Source: the human T2T-CHM13v2.0 reference genome, Homo sapiens. From it: DNA of 64,000 bases. Below are positions 32,752 to 47,717 of the stretch, one piece after another. The notes beneath the pieces are model-generated. The model ran no database searches. It had not been told where the DNA came from and saw only the letters and a list, made by a program, of their open reading frames with translations. Made by a program: the position numbers and the translations under genes. The stretch lies in NCBI RefSeq assembly GCF_009914755.1, contig NC_060926.1, one strand, 5' to 3'. How positions within the stretch are numbered: position 1 is the first letter of the stretch; each line of letters begins with the position of its first letter.

Positions 32752-33096
32752 AGCCAAAACTTTCATTTTTAAATACCTTTTCTGATATGATAAATCATTG
32801 TAGTTTGTAACATTGCTACCACAGCAGTGCTTTTTGTTAGACATATTAACAATGTGTTTTATGAAGTAGCTAACCAATTAATCCTATGAATCTAAATCCA
32901 TCATTTTAAATCAGTATATGACATAGGATATAAGTTTACATATCATAATTATATTATGTGCTTAAATATGACCATTTTTCAAAATTGCAAAGGTGATTTA
33001 CAATGGAATTAACAATTTGACAGAGATACCTTGTCCTTGGAATGGTACATGGGTGCAACATTTCAAAAGAAATATATATTTATGTCAACGGCTTCC

Positions 33097-33390
33097 TTTT
33101 TTTTTTTTTTTGAGATAAAGTATTCTGTTGCCCAGGCTGGAGTACAATGAAATGATCTAGGCTCACTGCAACCTCCGCCTCCCAGGTTCACGCAATTCTC
33201 CTACCTCAGCCTCCCGAGCAGCTGGGAATACAGGCATGCACCACCACGTCCAGCTATTTTTTGTATTTATAGTAGAGATGGGGTTTCATCATATGGGCCA
33301 GGCTGGTCTGGATCTCCTGACCTCACGTGATCTGCCTGCCTCGGCCTCCCAATGTGCTGGGATTATAGGTGTGAGCCACCACACCCGGCT
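33097..33390 (-). mobile_element. AluS
   Basis: T-tract followed by an antisense dimer ending ccacacccggct. Confidence 0.92.
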
Positions 33391-33847
33391 ATTTATATCA
33401 AAGACTTTCTACTTAAGAAAGGGTTAGCTTAGCCAAAAGAGATAAGTCAAATTATGGCAAAAATATTTAGCTCATATTAGTCATCTTTGTAATACTTTCT
33501 TCATTTTTTTGAATTATGTTGAAAGATGGTAGCAAAATTAAAAAAAAAAAAAACAAGTTATTGTAACTCCTAAAAATGTGACTAATGGTATGTAACAACC
33601 AGTCTTTTTTTTTTTTCTTGTAAATGCATTTCTTTGCCATCAGTCCATGGAAAAGTCCACAGTGGCAAATGGTGTGAACAGCACGAGCGTCACCACTTCC
33701 TGCCCCCAACAGGTGCTCACACAGATGCTCAATATCCCTGATTTTACATATATGAGGGAGGGGATAAAGGACCAAAGGTCAAAGAATAATCAAAATTTCT
33801 TCTAGTTATAACGTGTTCTTTGAATTTTCACTTAAAAAAGTAATCTA

Positions 33848-34153
<306 letters not shown>

Positions 34154-35069
34154 TTAAAAGTATAATTTATTACATAATTCTCTGTCTTAAAACAGCAATT
34201 TCTTTTAATCCAAAATTTAACAGAAACTTGCAAAACTTAGGTTTATGTGTATTCACTAGAATAGGTATTAGGGAGTTTTTATTCCTTGGATTTACATATA
34301 CCTGATACTGATTAAAGAATAGAAGAATTATTGCCACGCAAAGACAAAATGGAGGATTTTCTGTTTTTTTTTTAGAATTTCAGCTGACAACTTAATGCTC
34401 AGAAAAGTCACCATAGAAATTGCTAAGATTTGGCTAAAACTAACTTTGCTACACTCTTAACTAACTATCCCATACTAACAGATCCATAGAGGAGAACTAT
34501 CCAACAACAAAGAAAAAGAGATCTGTGAAGAAGTTGTTGGACTTATAGTTAGGGAGTGCTTCCATTAAGAGACAAGATGGCGGCTTCCTGCAGAGTCCAA
34601 AAAAATCATAACTATATCATTCCTCACTTGGTGTTTTTTAGCCTGAAACAGGCCTGGGTAGGGAGAAAGGAAAGAAGCTTTGAAAACGGATATGAGATTA
34701 AAGTTTCTTTTAGTATTATTTTTTGTGCCTAAAAGAATGTTTCAGTATCTGAAAGTTACTAAAATTATGTTATTTCAAAAATGTATCAACCCTAAACTAA
34801 TTACTGTGAGACATACTGATGTATATTGTTGTGATCACTTAGATATTGCAGTTATTTATTGCACAGTATTGTTTTTGCTGTATGACATTATTGTGACAAG
34901 AGCTAACTGAAACAATATATCAAAAACAGGTACAGAATAGTTCCAAATAGCTCCCAATAAAACAAATACTCTTAAAATTTAATATCCAGGATTTAGCATT
35001 TTTAAAATAAAGAAAATGTTTGTGTTGGATGCACAGTTGTTTAAAAGAAAAATTACCTAATTTTGGATT

Positions 35070-35792
35070 AGCTCTTATGTTAGGTCTTTGATACAATTTG
35101 AATTAATTTTTGCATATGGTATGAGATAGGTTCAGATATCATTCAATTGCATGTGAAAATCTAGTTCTCCCAGAGCATTATTTCTTGGAAAGATGATTTT
35201 TCCTCCACTCATATTCAAACTTATTTCATACCATAGACAAAAACTAACTCAAACTGTATTATAGACTTAAATGTAAGAGCAGCAAAAATTCCAGTTCTAG
35301 TTGAACACCCCAGATAATTAAAAATGCATGTTCACACAAAAACTGGTGCATATTCATGGCAGCATTATTCATAATAACCAAAAATGGATATAATTCATAT
35401 GCCCATCAACTGATGAATAAAAAAATGCTGTCTATCCACATGATAGATATATTATTCATCAATACAAAGAAAAGAATTACTTGTGTATGCTAAAACAAAT
35501 GAAAACATTACACCAAGTGAAAGAAGCTAGTCATAAAACACATATTGCATGATTACATTTATATGAAATGTCCAGAATAGGCAAATCTTTAGTGGTAGAA
35601 AATAGATCAGTGGTTTCTAGGGCCGAGGGTAGGTATTAACAGGAAGTGATTGCAAATGGGCATGGGGTTTGTTTTGGGGTGATTAAAGTGCTCAAAATTA
35701 AATAGTTGTAATAGTTAAACTGAATTGTGCACTTTAAAAGAGTGAATCTTATGGTATGTAAATTATATCTCAATACATCTGTTATTTAAAAA
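35070..35792. mobile_element. Old L1M fragments: antisense ORF2 piece (35070-35208) next to a sense ORF2/3'UTR piece (about 35220-35792)
   Basis: L1-like motifs catatggtatgagatagg, gcagcattattcataataacca, atgaaatgtccagaataggcaaatc, and ending gtaaattatatctcaatac. Confidence 0.7.
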
Positions 35793-36418
35793 ATGTGGTA
35801 ATGACTGTAAGAACTTGTAAAGGGCATAAAACTGTACAAATACTACCTTTAGCTCACTGTTAACAGTCCAGGTTCCATATATCATTAATTTTTTACTCAT
35901 TTAGAGTCATTCCTATAACCCTCCTCAGATCTGAAAAATTTTCTATCTACATAAAGAAAACAAAGAATGCCAACAATTTAGTTCTGTTTCTTTTCTGTGC
36001 ATTTGAGTTAGTTGAATAGAGAAACTATTATTAGAAAAATTAATGGAATAATATTTCAACTCAAAGAATTCAGAAAATAAAAATGAATTAACTCAAATTT
36101 GAAAATAATAACAAATATAACTACAGAAATTGATAAAATACAACAAAAGATATTACTAGCAAACCCAAAACCATTTGTTTAAAAGAATAACAAAATATAG
36201 ATAGATGACCTATGGCAGACTTGATTTTATATATATATACTTATACATATAAATATACATACATATATAAATTAACAACAGGAAGAGTAAAAATAGAAAA
36301 TATAGAAAATAAAAAAAGATGAGTAAGATATGCATTTTAATAATACACTTGAAAATATGTAAAATAAGTCAATTCTTAGAGAAATGTGTTAGCAAAATTG
36401 ACTTAAAAAGAAATAGAA

Positions 36419-36717
36419 GGACAGGTGCGGTGGCTCGTGCCTGTAATCCCAGCACTTTGGGAAGCCAAGGCTCGTGGATCACCTGAGGTCAGGAGTTTGA
36501 GACCAGCCTGGCCAACATGGTGAAACCCCGTCTCTACTAAAAATACAAAATTATCCAGACATGGTGGCATGTGCCTGTAATCCCAGCTACTCAGGAGGCT
36601 GAGGCAGGAGAATCACTTGAACCTGGGAGGCAGAGGTTGCAGTGAGCCTAGATCATGCCACTGCACTCCAGCCTGTGCAATAAAGTGAGTCTGTCTCAAA
36701 AAAAAAAAAAAAAAAAA
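36419..36717 (+). mobile_element. AluS
   Basis: Full dimer with an A20 tail. Confidence 0.92.
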
Positions 36718-37040
36718 CTTGAAATGATATATAAGCATTACAAACATTGATTTAATAGTAAAATTATACCTTCCGATCTAATGTGAAAAAAAGTAAAACC
36801 TACAAGACTAAAAGTAATTTAACAAAGTGGTACTCAAGTTATCTACATAGACTGCTGCCAGTCCACAGACTTTGTTACTAGTCCATAGTGAAGTCACATA
36901 GTAATTGAGAATATTAAGAAAAGTTTACACCAATTAAAACAGCAAGACCACACCCATTTTATGGGGCATAATTGGAAGTCCAAGAATTATCAAAACATCA
37001 CACATGGAGTGCTTCCTATATACTGTAATTATTCTTAAAC

Positions 37041-37333
37041 TTTTCTTTTTGAGACAGAGTCTCACTCTGTTGCCCAGGCTGGAGTACAGTGGCATGATCT
37101 TGACTCATTGAAACCTCTGCCTCCCAGCCTTAAGAAATTCTCATGCCTCAGCCACCTGAATAGCTGTGATTACAGGCATGTGCTACCATACCCAGTTAAT
37201 TTTTGTATTTTTAGTAGAGACAGGGTTTCTCCATGTTGGCCAGGATGGTCTTGAACTCCTGCCCCTCAAGTGATTCACCTGCCTTGGCCTCCTAAAGTGC
37301 TGGGATTACAGACGTAAGCCACCTGGCCCAGCC
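37041..37333 (-). mobile_element. Alu (AluS/Jb)
   Basis: Antisense dimer; flanked by the repeat attcttaaac. Confidence 0.9.
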
Positions 37334-37339
37334 ATTCTT

Positions 37340-37505
37340 AAACATTTATAAATCCCAATTTACACAGTCCTCACAAAGCCTTATGAGGTGGGTGATGTTG
37401 TTACCCCCATTTTACACAGGAAGAAACAGAGGTACAGAGAAATTATATAACCACCATGCCAAAGTCACACAGCTCGTAAGTGGAGGAGAAGCAATTTGAC
37501 CCATG
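37340..37505 (-). mobile_element. MIR
   Basis: ccttatgaggtgggtgatgttgttacccccattttacacaggaagaaacagagg...aaagtcacacagct. Confidence 0.7.
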
Positions 37506-40500
37506 ATGGTAGCTAGTGTTAGCAATGATTTGGAGACTGAGGCACTTTCATAAAGTGTCAATGGTAGTTTGTATTTCTACAACTATTTTGGAGACATATT
37601 TGGCTATAATAGACTTGAACACGTGTAAATGAAGATGTGCATACACTTGAATATGTAGTTCAACTTGTGTACATTTTCATATGTAGACATCATAAGGCCA
37701 TTTACTACAACATAGTTTGATATAGCAAACTCCTAGAAAGAACCTTAAAGGCCACAAACAGAGGAATGACAAACTGTAATCTTTCTATGGAGTAGAATGT
37801 TATAGAGCAGTTAAATCTCAAAATCATATTTATTAGTTAAAAAAAAAACCTAGTTCCAGATGGGTACATAATGTATATAACTTGTGTATATATAAAAGCA
37901 CAGTGTTAAATGTTGTTAAATGTTAACTGTAAGGATAGAACAGATACACCAGGCTCTCAAAAGGGGCTGTCTCTGGAGATGGAGAAATGCATACACAGAG
38001 GGCTTCAAAGTTATCTAATGTTTTATTACTTTCAGAAAATCATTTAAATTGTGAATGACTTATTCTAAATATTTAAAAATATTGGCTGTTGAATACATTA
38101 TTCCCACTATTTTCAAACATGTTTGAGTTTATAAAATGAAAAGTAATTAAAAGCACATGTTTTCTTTGAACAATGACCTTTACATTGAGTATCTTATTAA
38201 AACTGCTCACAATCTTTTCATGTTCTTGTATTCTTTATAGTCATTTTATGTTGAGAAAACATTTGTTTGATAAATATTTACTGAATTATGCTTGACTGAA
38301 ATAAAATAAACAAACAAAATAAACTAGTTTACCAAAGATCAAAAATCAAAGTATAAATTTTCAAATGATTTTCTATTTGAACTCTTAATCTAGATATCTC
38401 CCTCAAGTGCCTCTAAAGATCTATGTTGACTTATTAGATTATTATTTCCCCTCTGAGAAAATAAAGTTGTAATGAATAGTCCAATGTGTTATTTCATAAA
38501 CCAGTGGGAAATCATGAAGATAGAATTTTAAAATCCCATCTTACAATGGTTTTTACTTTAATTAAATGAAACCTTGTAAAAAAGTATTTGGAGATAAAAT
38601 AAATGAAGAATTTTCTAGTTTGTTTTAATCTTGACATAACTATATTAACATCTTTTGTGGCAACTCAATTTAGAATGAATATAAATAATATGTGAAGTAG
38701 CCATCCATTTTTACTGTTTTCTAACAATTCTTCCAGTATACTAGCTTCTATCTCATAAACGACTGAATTTAACAGCTCAAATCAGCATACTATCCTCTTA
38801 ATAGAGAAGTGGCCTGAAATCTTTCTCCTTTAGCATATTATAAGAGATGAGATATGTACAAAATAAAGGAGGTCACAATTTATACTTTTTGTAAGTGACA
38901 AATTTCATTTTTATAAATCTAGTGCTTTACAAGAAGCTTTTAGAAAACACTCAGAAGACTGTTATCTCCTATGTACAATTATCTTCTTTGTTTTTCTTTT
39001 AGTCCCACTACAGATTTGCAGAATGATTTTTATCAGACAGACTATGAAAGCAGCAGATGAGTTGCCTAGGAAAAAGAGTCCTTCTTCAGATCCTTTCAGG
39101 GTAAACTGCTATTACAACCATACAACTAGCAATTCTATGTGAAATCCCCTGATTCTTTACCATATATATGATATAATCAAACAAAAAGTGATATTACTGT
39201 TACAATGTTTTCTCTCCTGCTACTTCGGAGTTTTTACTGTATTTTATGTTCTTACATTTAGGAATTTATTTGAACTTTTCTGTCCCATCATCAGATACAT
39301 TTATTTTACACAGTAGCAACTTATGAAGTGGTAAATGGTATATTATTTATCTGGCCCAATATATATCATGACTTGCTTCCCTCCATTTCTCCAGCTATAG
39401 GCATATTGGGAATGAATGATGGTTAAATATTTCTGAAGTATAATATACAGGTAGGCAGAGGGAATAGAATCAATAGAATGAAGGCCAGGGTGAACTTTCA
39501 AGTATTGTTCAAACTTGTACATATACATGATGATGTCATCAGCTGTCTCTTGACATTTTTTTAAGAACCAATTTTTTGTTTCTCTCTTAGTAATCACTTT
39601 CCCAAGTATTTCTGGATTTTTAAAATATATCTGCTTTGTATGTCAAGTTCGTGATTTGCTTAACTCACCAATTCTTTTCATTAACAAGTTGTAAGAATCC
39701 TCCTTTGGGGTGTGTGTGTGTGAGAGGCAGAGTGAGAGAGAAGAGCACTCACTCAGGTGAGAGGTGGAACAACAACAAAACCTGCATTTCTAGGATACAG
39801 TCCAGTGTCTTTTACTAGATTGTATTTAAGAAATATTTTTGATTGCATAAATGAATAAATAATTATAAAAATCAATGAATGAATAACAAGCCTAGAAGAC
39901 CCTAAATATGATGAAAATGATTATGGGAGGAAGAAGAAATATGCAAAGAAATGAATCAAACAAAGGAGTAAGTGACAGAAGCAGACAAACAGGACTTGTT
40001 CAACAGAGGTCACCGTGGATGAAGTTCATAGATGGGTGACTGAACGGAGGCAGTATCGGAAATGTCTAAAGTTTAGAACATAGTGTTGATTTCTACAAAT
40101 TAATAAGAAAAGGCAGTAATCTTAATAGGAGAATGACCAAAGGAAATTAAGGCTAGTGAGTATATGGAGAGGTGCTCAAACTCATGAGAAATAAAACAAA
40201 CGCAAACAAAAGCAATGATATATCATGTTACTCCTACATATTAGGGAGAAAATGACAGAGTGGATAATTTTGAGAGCTGCGAAGGATGCGGGAACTTAGT
40301 GAACTGTTGGTATAGATGTAGACAGTGCAACCACTCTGAAGAGGAACTGGTTCTACTTAGTCATTGTAAGTAGAAGTACATTCCATGATTGTTACTGGTC
40401 CTACAGGAATTTTTATCCACATCTATAAGAATGCCGGTAAATGTATGTCTATGGAATTATCATTTGTACAGAAAGTTAGGGGCAACTTGAGTGTATTGAT

Positions 40501-42395
40501 ATGGTAGAATGGAAAAGCATAAAAGATGTGTGCATGCTCTACGACACTATCTAGTGATTAGAAGTAACAGAGTAGGTGCACAGTTCATAAAGACAGTGCT
40601 GACTAAAAAAGGTAAATGACAGACTGTAATATGTATAATACCAATTACATAATTAAAAATGTATGCAAAGAAACATAGATTTTTATAAGAGAATATATGA
40701 ACTACATTGAAATGACTTCCTCTAGAGACAGAGGAAAGGAAGAGGGGTAGGCTTTCGAAATAAAAGTAAAGAAAGAAAGAGAGACCCAAGGGAGGGCATG
40801 AGGAAAATAAAAAGCCTTACCTAGATCCAATTATAATGCTGTGCCAGGAAGTGAGGAGTGTAATCAACTCAACACTTCCTGCCTGATCTTCAAAAGATAA
40901 AAAGAGGAAGAGAGATCATAAATATGAGAGTAATTGAAGAAAAGAGAAAGGGTCCAACTACTTAAAACAGAGAAAGCTCTTACATTCAATAATCATTTGC
41001 TGCAAAATGTTCATATGTTTCATAAGGGATATAAAATATTTTGATTCAATCTCAACTTTTATGAAAGTGGATGCAAGTAACAAAAGTAAGGTCATGAAAA
41101 TGTTGACTATTCAAAGGCATCATAGGAATGTGTGGGCTCACAGCACAGATAAACTGCCTGGGTCTTTGCAGTATTATGTAAATGCTCCTGCTTTGAGGTC
41201 AGGAAGAATAAAGTTCAAAACCTTTGCCCTAACATCTCTTAGCCACAACCTCTCACCCTGAGCAAATCAAGTAACCTTTCTGGGTCTTCATTTCCGTAGG
41301 TATAAAATCAGAGTTTTAAGACTATTTATCTGGTTTCTTGGGAGTAATAAATACATGATCGTATTTTAGGTGTTGGGTAAATGGTAGCTATTAATAACAT
41401 TATAATAATTAACTTGAAGAAATTCCTTGTAGATAAGGGAGTTTTGAAGAGTGTAAAGGATTCAAATTTCCAGGGAGAATGTGAAAGATATTGTTATTAA
41501 GTCATAGATGATAGTGAACGGAATATGTGAAGAAGATGACTAAATGAAGCGACATACGTGAAAGTGCTTTACACATTCTTAGTCATGCATATACTATCAT
41601 TACTCATGATGAAAATAGCAATAATGTGCCTAAAGTCGAAACCCACAGTGGATGATGATGAAACATCAGGGTGGAGAGGGAAAATGAGCAAAAATGAAGA
41701 AGGCTCTGAATAGCAGACAGAAAGGTTTGAGGTTAATTTCACAGAAAATAGAGAGATACTTTTAAAATCCGGATGGAAACTGATATGTAAATGTGTCATT
41801 TTTTAAAGAGAAATAAAAGAATGGATGACTGGATTTTAAGTCCCCCATAGCTTCATTCCCCTGGTGGCTTCACCTTTATCACTCACTACTCCCCAAGGCA
41901 GCAAATCTGCTTATCACTTTATTTTTTATCTTGACCCCTTTCTATTAATTTTCATCTTCCTGGATCTGGATTTTCCTCCCTCTGTCAGTAAAAATACTAT
42001 GTTTTTTTCCAGTTTCAGTATCCTCCTCCTCAAAAACTGGAGAAACAAGAAGATAAAAACAAATTTGCTGGAGAGAAGATTGCCATTATCATTAGAACAT
42101 ATGTATCTCTTGGCCTGTGCTGTGGTGCAGATGCTGCTTAATTGTAGAAAGAGATCTGAATCCAAGAAACACTGTGAAGAAAAAAAATTAAGACATGGAG
42201 AGAGAAGGCAGCAAGGAACTGAAAAAATCAAAGATAAGTTGAGGTTGTGAGCCCTGAAGACCAAAAAAAATACTGCAGCTATTGACAGAATTACAGATAA
42301 TTGAGGGAGAAGAGAAAGGGTACATTTAGCCAACTAATCTTGAGGTGACCTGATGATATCCGGGGAAGTAGAATTAGATAGTAAGAAAAATGATA

Positions 42396-42686
42396 GGCTG
42401 GGCACGGACGCTTACACCTGTAATCCCAGCACTTTGGGAAGCCGAGACAGGAGGATCACCTGAGATCAGGAGTTTGAGAACAGCCTGGCCAACATGGTGA
42501 AACCCCGTCTCTACAAAAATACAAAAATTAGCTGGGCATGGTGGCGCCTGCCTGTAAGCTACTCAGGAGGCTGAAGGACGAGAATCACTTGAACCTGGGA
42601 GGCAGAGGTTGTAGTGAGACAAAATCGTGCCACTGCACTCCAGCCTGGGTGCCAGAATGAGACTCTGCCTCAAAAAAAAAAAAAAA
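42396..42686 (+). mobile_element. AluS
   Basis: Full dimer with A tail; flanked by aaaaatgata / aaaattgata. Confidence 0.92.
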
Positions 42687-43087
42687 TTGATACAGTTGGA
42701 GATGTAAATGCCACAGTAATCAGATCTGGGGTGAAAAGGGAAGGTTCAGAGTGGAAAGGAGTTGTCCAAGGAAATACACATAGAGGAATGTGAAAATTAA
42801 ACTTTGGGTAGTGGACACAGTATACCAAAACACAGCCATTATATTTATGCATTTTTGTGCTTATATTCACAATCTCTTTCCTAGAAATGATTTTAATTAA
42901 AAAATAATTTCAAAGGCCTAATAATGAAAAAAATAGAGAATAAGAACAAAAAAATGTGAAAATACAATCTGATTCAGGCTGAGATAAAAAAATTATATAA
43001 TGTTATTTGCAATGTTACTATAAATATGCTGCAAATTTGCCAGTGGGCTGCCGAACAAACAGCAATGGAGCCAGAAGAAAATGCAAT

Positions 43088-43828
43088 TGAAACAGGAAAT
43101 TTTCCCTGACCCCTTCACAGGACTTGGGAAGGGGGTGGCTCGTTTACTCAGCCTGCGGCTCTCAACCCCTCGTGGGAAGGGGAGAAGGCAGGTGAGTGCT
43201 CGCAGGGGCCAGAAGGAATGCTTCAGGTCACTGGCAGGAGCAGAACTCCGTGTGGCCCCTAGAGCCTCAGAAGGCATGTTACCGTGCGCTCTTTTACTTT
43301 GCTGTCCCTGGGTGGCTTAAGTGTTTAACAGCTCAGTGTGACAACCCCCTGTAACCTGAGCTCTTACTGGGTGTCAGGAAGAATCAGGTCACACAACGAA
43401 CTGAAGATGGTAAATGCAGGGGATTTTATTGCTGATGAAAATGGCTCTCAGTGGGATGGAGAGCTGAAAAGGGGATGGAGCAGGAAGGTGGTCTTCCCCT
43501 GGAGTTCAGCTGTCCCAGGCCAAACTCTTCTCCAAGGTCCCACCGTCAAGCCATCCCTCTGAAGTCAAGCTGCTTCTCAACAATGCCAAGCTGTTTTTTT
43601 CTCTTCTTCTCTGCTGCTCTGCTGCCCGTGGAGCCTGGGGTTTTCATGAGTACAGGATGGAGGTGGGGGGCAGGGTGGGCCAAGGTGGTTTTGGAAAAGG
43701 CAACATTTGAGCAAGAAAACAGGGATGTAAAGTTCTCACTTTGGGCCACGGGTCCAAGCTTGAGGGTGGGGACCTCACGGGGAACCTATCTGTTCTACCC
43801 AGTATTTCCCTGCCTCCTGTCCATATCA
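43088..43828 (-). mobile_element. ERV1 solo LTR (LTR1-like), same orientation as LRP1B
   Basis: Minus strand begins TGATATGGACAGGAGGCAGGGAAATACTGGGTAG. TG...CA ends with an exact 4-bp TSD CAAT at 43084 and 43829. AATAAA on the minus strand at 43425-43430. Confidence 0.85.
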
Positions 43829-44243
43829 CAATCAGTATCATATTTTAGGTGGTCCTAAAAGAAATCAATACTTCAGAGAAGGGTGATTAATAATTGAATT
43901 ATAATTATTAATAAATGAATTAATAAATGAATTAAAGAGGGAAAATGTAACTGAATATTGAGATATGAGAAAACTGAGATTTGAGATATATTAAATAGAA
44001 AATAAAAATTATAAAAGTAGCATTTATGAAATATCATTTTATATAACAAGATATTAGGAGTGAACTTAGAGAAAACAGAATCAGTTCTGCAATTCAGCAA
44101 AAGCCAGATTGTAAAGAATCAGAGAAGGGAAGAGTGTAGAGAAATAAAAAAAAGATGAGAGAACTACGGAGGAAAACTCAAGAGAAAAAAGGAATGGAAC
44201 AATCATGGCTATAATTTGAAAAAACAAAAATAGTTTTTCAAAT

Positions 44244-44503
44244 GCTCAGGCTGAAGTGCAGTGGCATAGTCATGGCTCACTGCAGTCTCAATCTCCTGGG
44301 CTCAGCCAATGCTCCTGCCTCAGTCACCTGAGTAGCTGGGACCACAGACATGCACCACCATGACTGGCTAATTTTTAAATTATTTGTAGGTAGGGGGTAT
44401 CCTTATGTTGACCAGGCTGTCTTGAATGCCTGGGCTCAATAGATCCTTCTGTCTCAGCCCTCCAAAGTGTTGAGATTACAGGTGTGAGCCACCATGCCCA
44501 GCC
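44244..44503 (-). mobile_element. AluJ
   Basis: Antisense diverged dimer (gctcactgcagtctcaatctcctgggctc). Confidence 0.85.
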
Positions 44504-45179
44504 AAAAGCCTGCTATCATCATTTTTTTTTCTTTTTAATGTCAAGAGGGATAAGGACAGGTATTGCATTCAATAGAAAGAAAACATTTTAAAAGGGAGAA
44601 TCAACAGAAGATGATGGAAAACAGAAAATGAGCAAGAAAGAAGAAATTTCTATTTTTAAAGTCCAGTAGTAACTAGTCAATTCATTTTTATTGGACTGTG
44701 AATTTGCTGCTTTTCTAAAAGGGGTGAACAAAATACAGAATAAAGCCTTTTTTCTTCAGATGCACAAAGTGCACTATACATTTCAGGAAGAGATTAATTA
44801 CCAGAAGATTAAATTATCCACTTAAAAATGTTTCATTGTAACTTTAAAAGATGAAATATACTTTTACTTTTCTATAAAATTATGAACAAAACCAGATGGA
44901 AAATATAGCAATCTTAACAGTGAGAAATCATATGGTACTGCTAGAGTTTTGTTGGGGCTCAGAAAACAGCACCACAAAGTGAAGGCCTAAGAAGCTACCT
45001 CAGAAGCAAAGTCTCTCCCTGACCCTCTCCTACCTTCCTGTTTTTCATGCCTCATTCTCTCCTTAGGCAAGCCACAGTAACCATAACCTGTCTTTCCCAG
45101 AGCGAGTCATAGACACTAGCAGCCCCTTTCCCCAAAGCCAGCCATAAAGCCTAAAAATATTATTCTAACCTTCCCAGAC

Positions 45180-45728
45180 TGTAATAGTTAATATTGAGGA
45201 TCAACTTAATTGGACTGAAGGATGCAAAGTATTGTTCCGGGGTGTGTCTGTGAGGCTGTTGCCAAAGGAGATTAACATTTGAGTCAGTGGACTGGGAGAG
45301 GCAGACCAACCTTTAATCTGGATGGGTACCATCTAATCAGTTGCCAGCACAGCTAGGATAAAAGCAGGCAGAGGAATGTGGAAAGACTAGATTTGCTAAG
45401 TCTTCTGGCCTCTATCTTTCTCTCATGCTGGATGCTTCCTGCCCTCAAACATCAGACTTCTAGTTCTTCAGCTTTTGAACTCTTGTACCTACACCAGTGA
45501 TTTGCCAGGGGCTCTCGCACCTTCAGTCACAGACTGAAGGCCGCGCTATCGGCTTCCCTACTTTTGAGGTTTTGGGACTCAGACTGGTTTCCGGGCTCCT
45601 CAGCTTGCAGACAGCCTATTGTGGGACTTCACCCTATGATTGTGTGAGTCTGTTCTCCTAATAAACCCCACTTCATGTATTCATCTATCCTATTAGTTCT
45701 GTCCTTTTAGAGAACCCTGATGAAGACA
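45180..45728 (+). mobile_element. MLT2A-type ERVL solo LTR
   Basis: tgtaatagttaatattgaggatcaacttaattggactgaaggatgcaaagtattg...cctattagttctgtccttttagagaaccctga...aca. Confidence 0.85.
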
Positions 45729-46027
45729 CCAACTTTTCGGTTTAGGAGCTGGCCATAAAGAAATTGAAGATGCTCATTCCAGAAAGGGTCTGCCCCATAA
45801 CCTGGGGGAAGCAATGCTGCCCAGAGAAGTTCAGAAGAATCAGAGCAGACAGGCTGTGCTGGTTCCCCACAACCATCTATAAGCATTAGATCATACACTT
45901 TTTGTCCAATCATATTTCTACATGTCTGTCCATACTTCATTGAGCCTAAGTATTAAAAATGGACAGCTTTTCCTGGGTCTTTGGGTCTTCATTCTGAAGG
46001 TTTCTGTGTCACATAAAACTATCACCA

Positions 46028-47717
<1,690 letters not shown>

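Noticed and set aside
41864-43858. 128-135 aa ORFs at 41864-42250, 41926-42333 and 43451-43858
   Set aside because: Low-complexity or LTR-derived sequence with no domain signature; such lengths arise by chance in 64 kb.
45200-45220. Intact DUX4 site in the MLT2A LTR
   Set aside because: This copy reads cttaattggactga where the consensus I recall has CTTGATTGGATTGA, so the site looks degraded.
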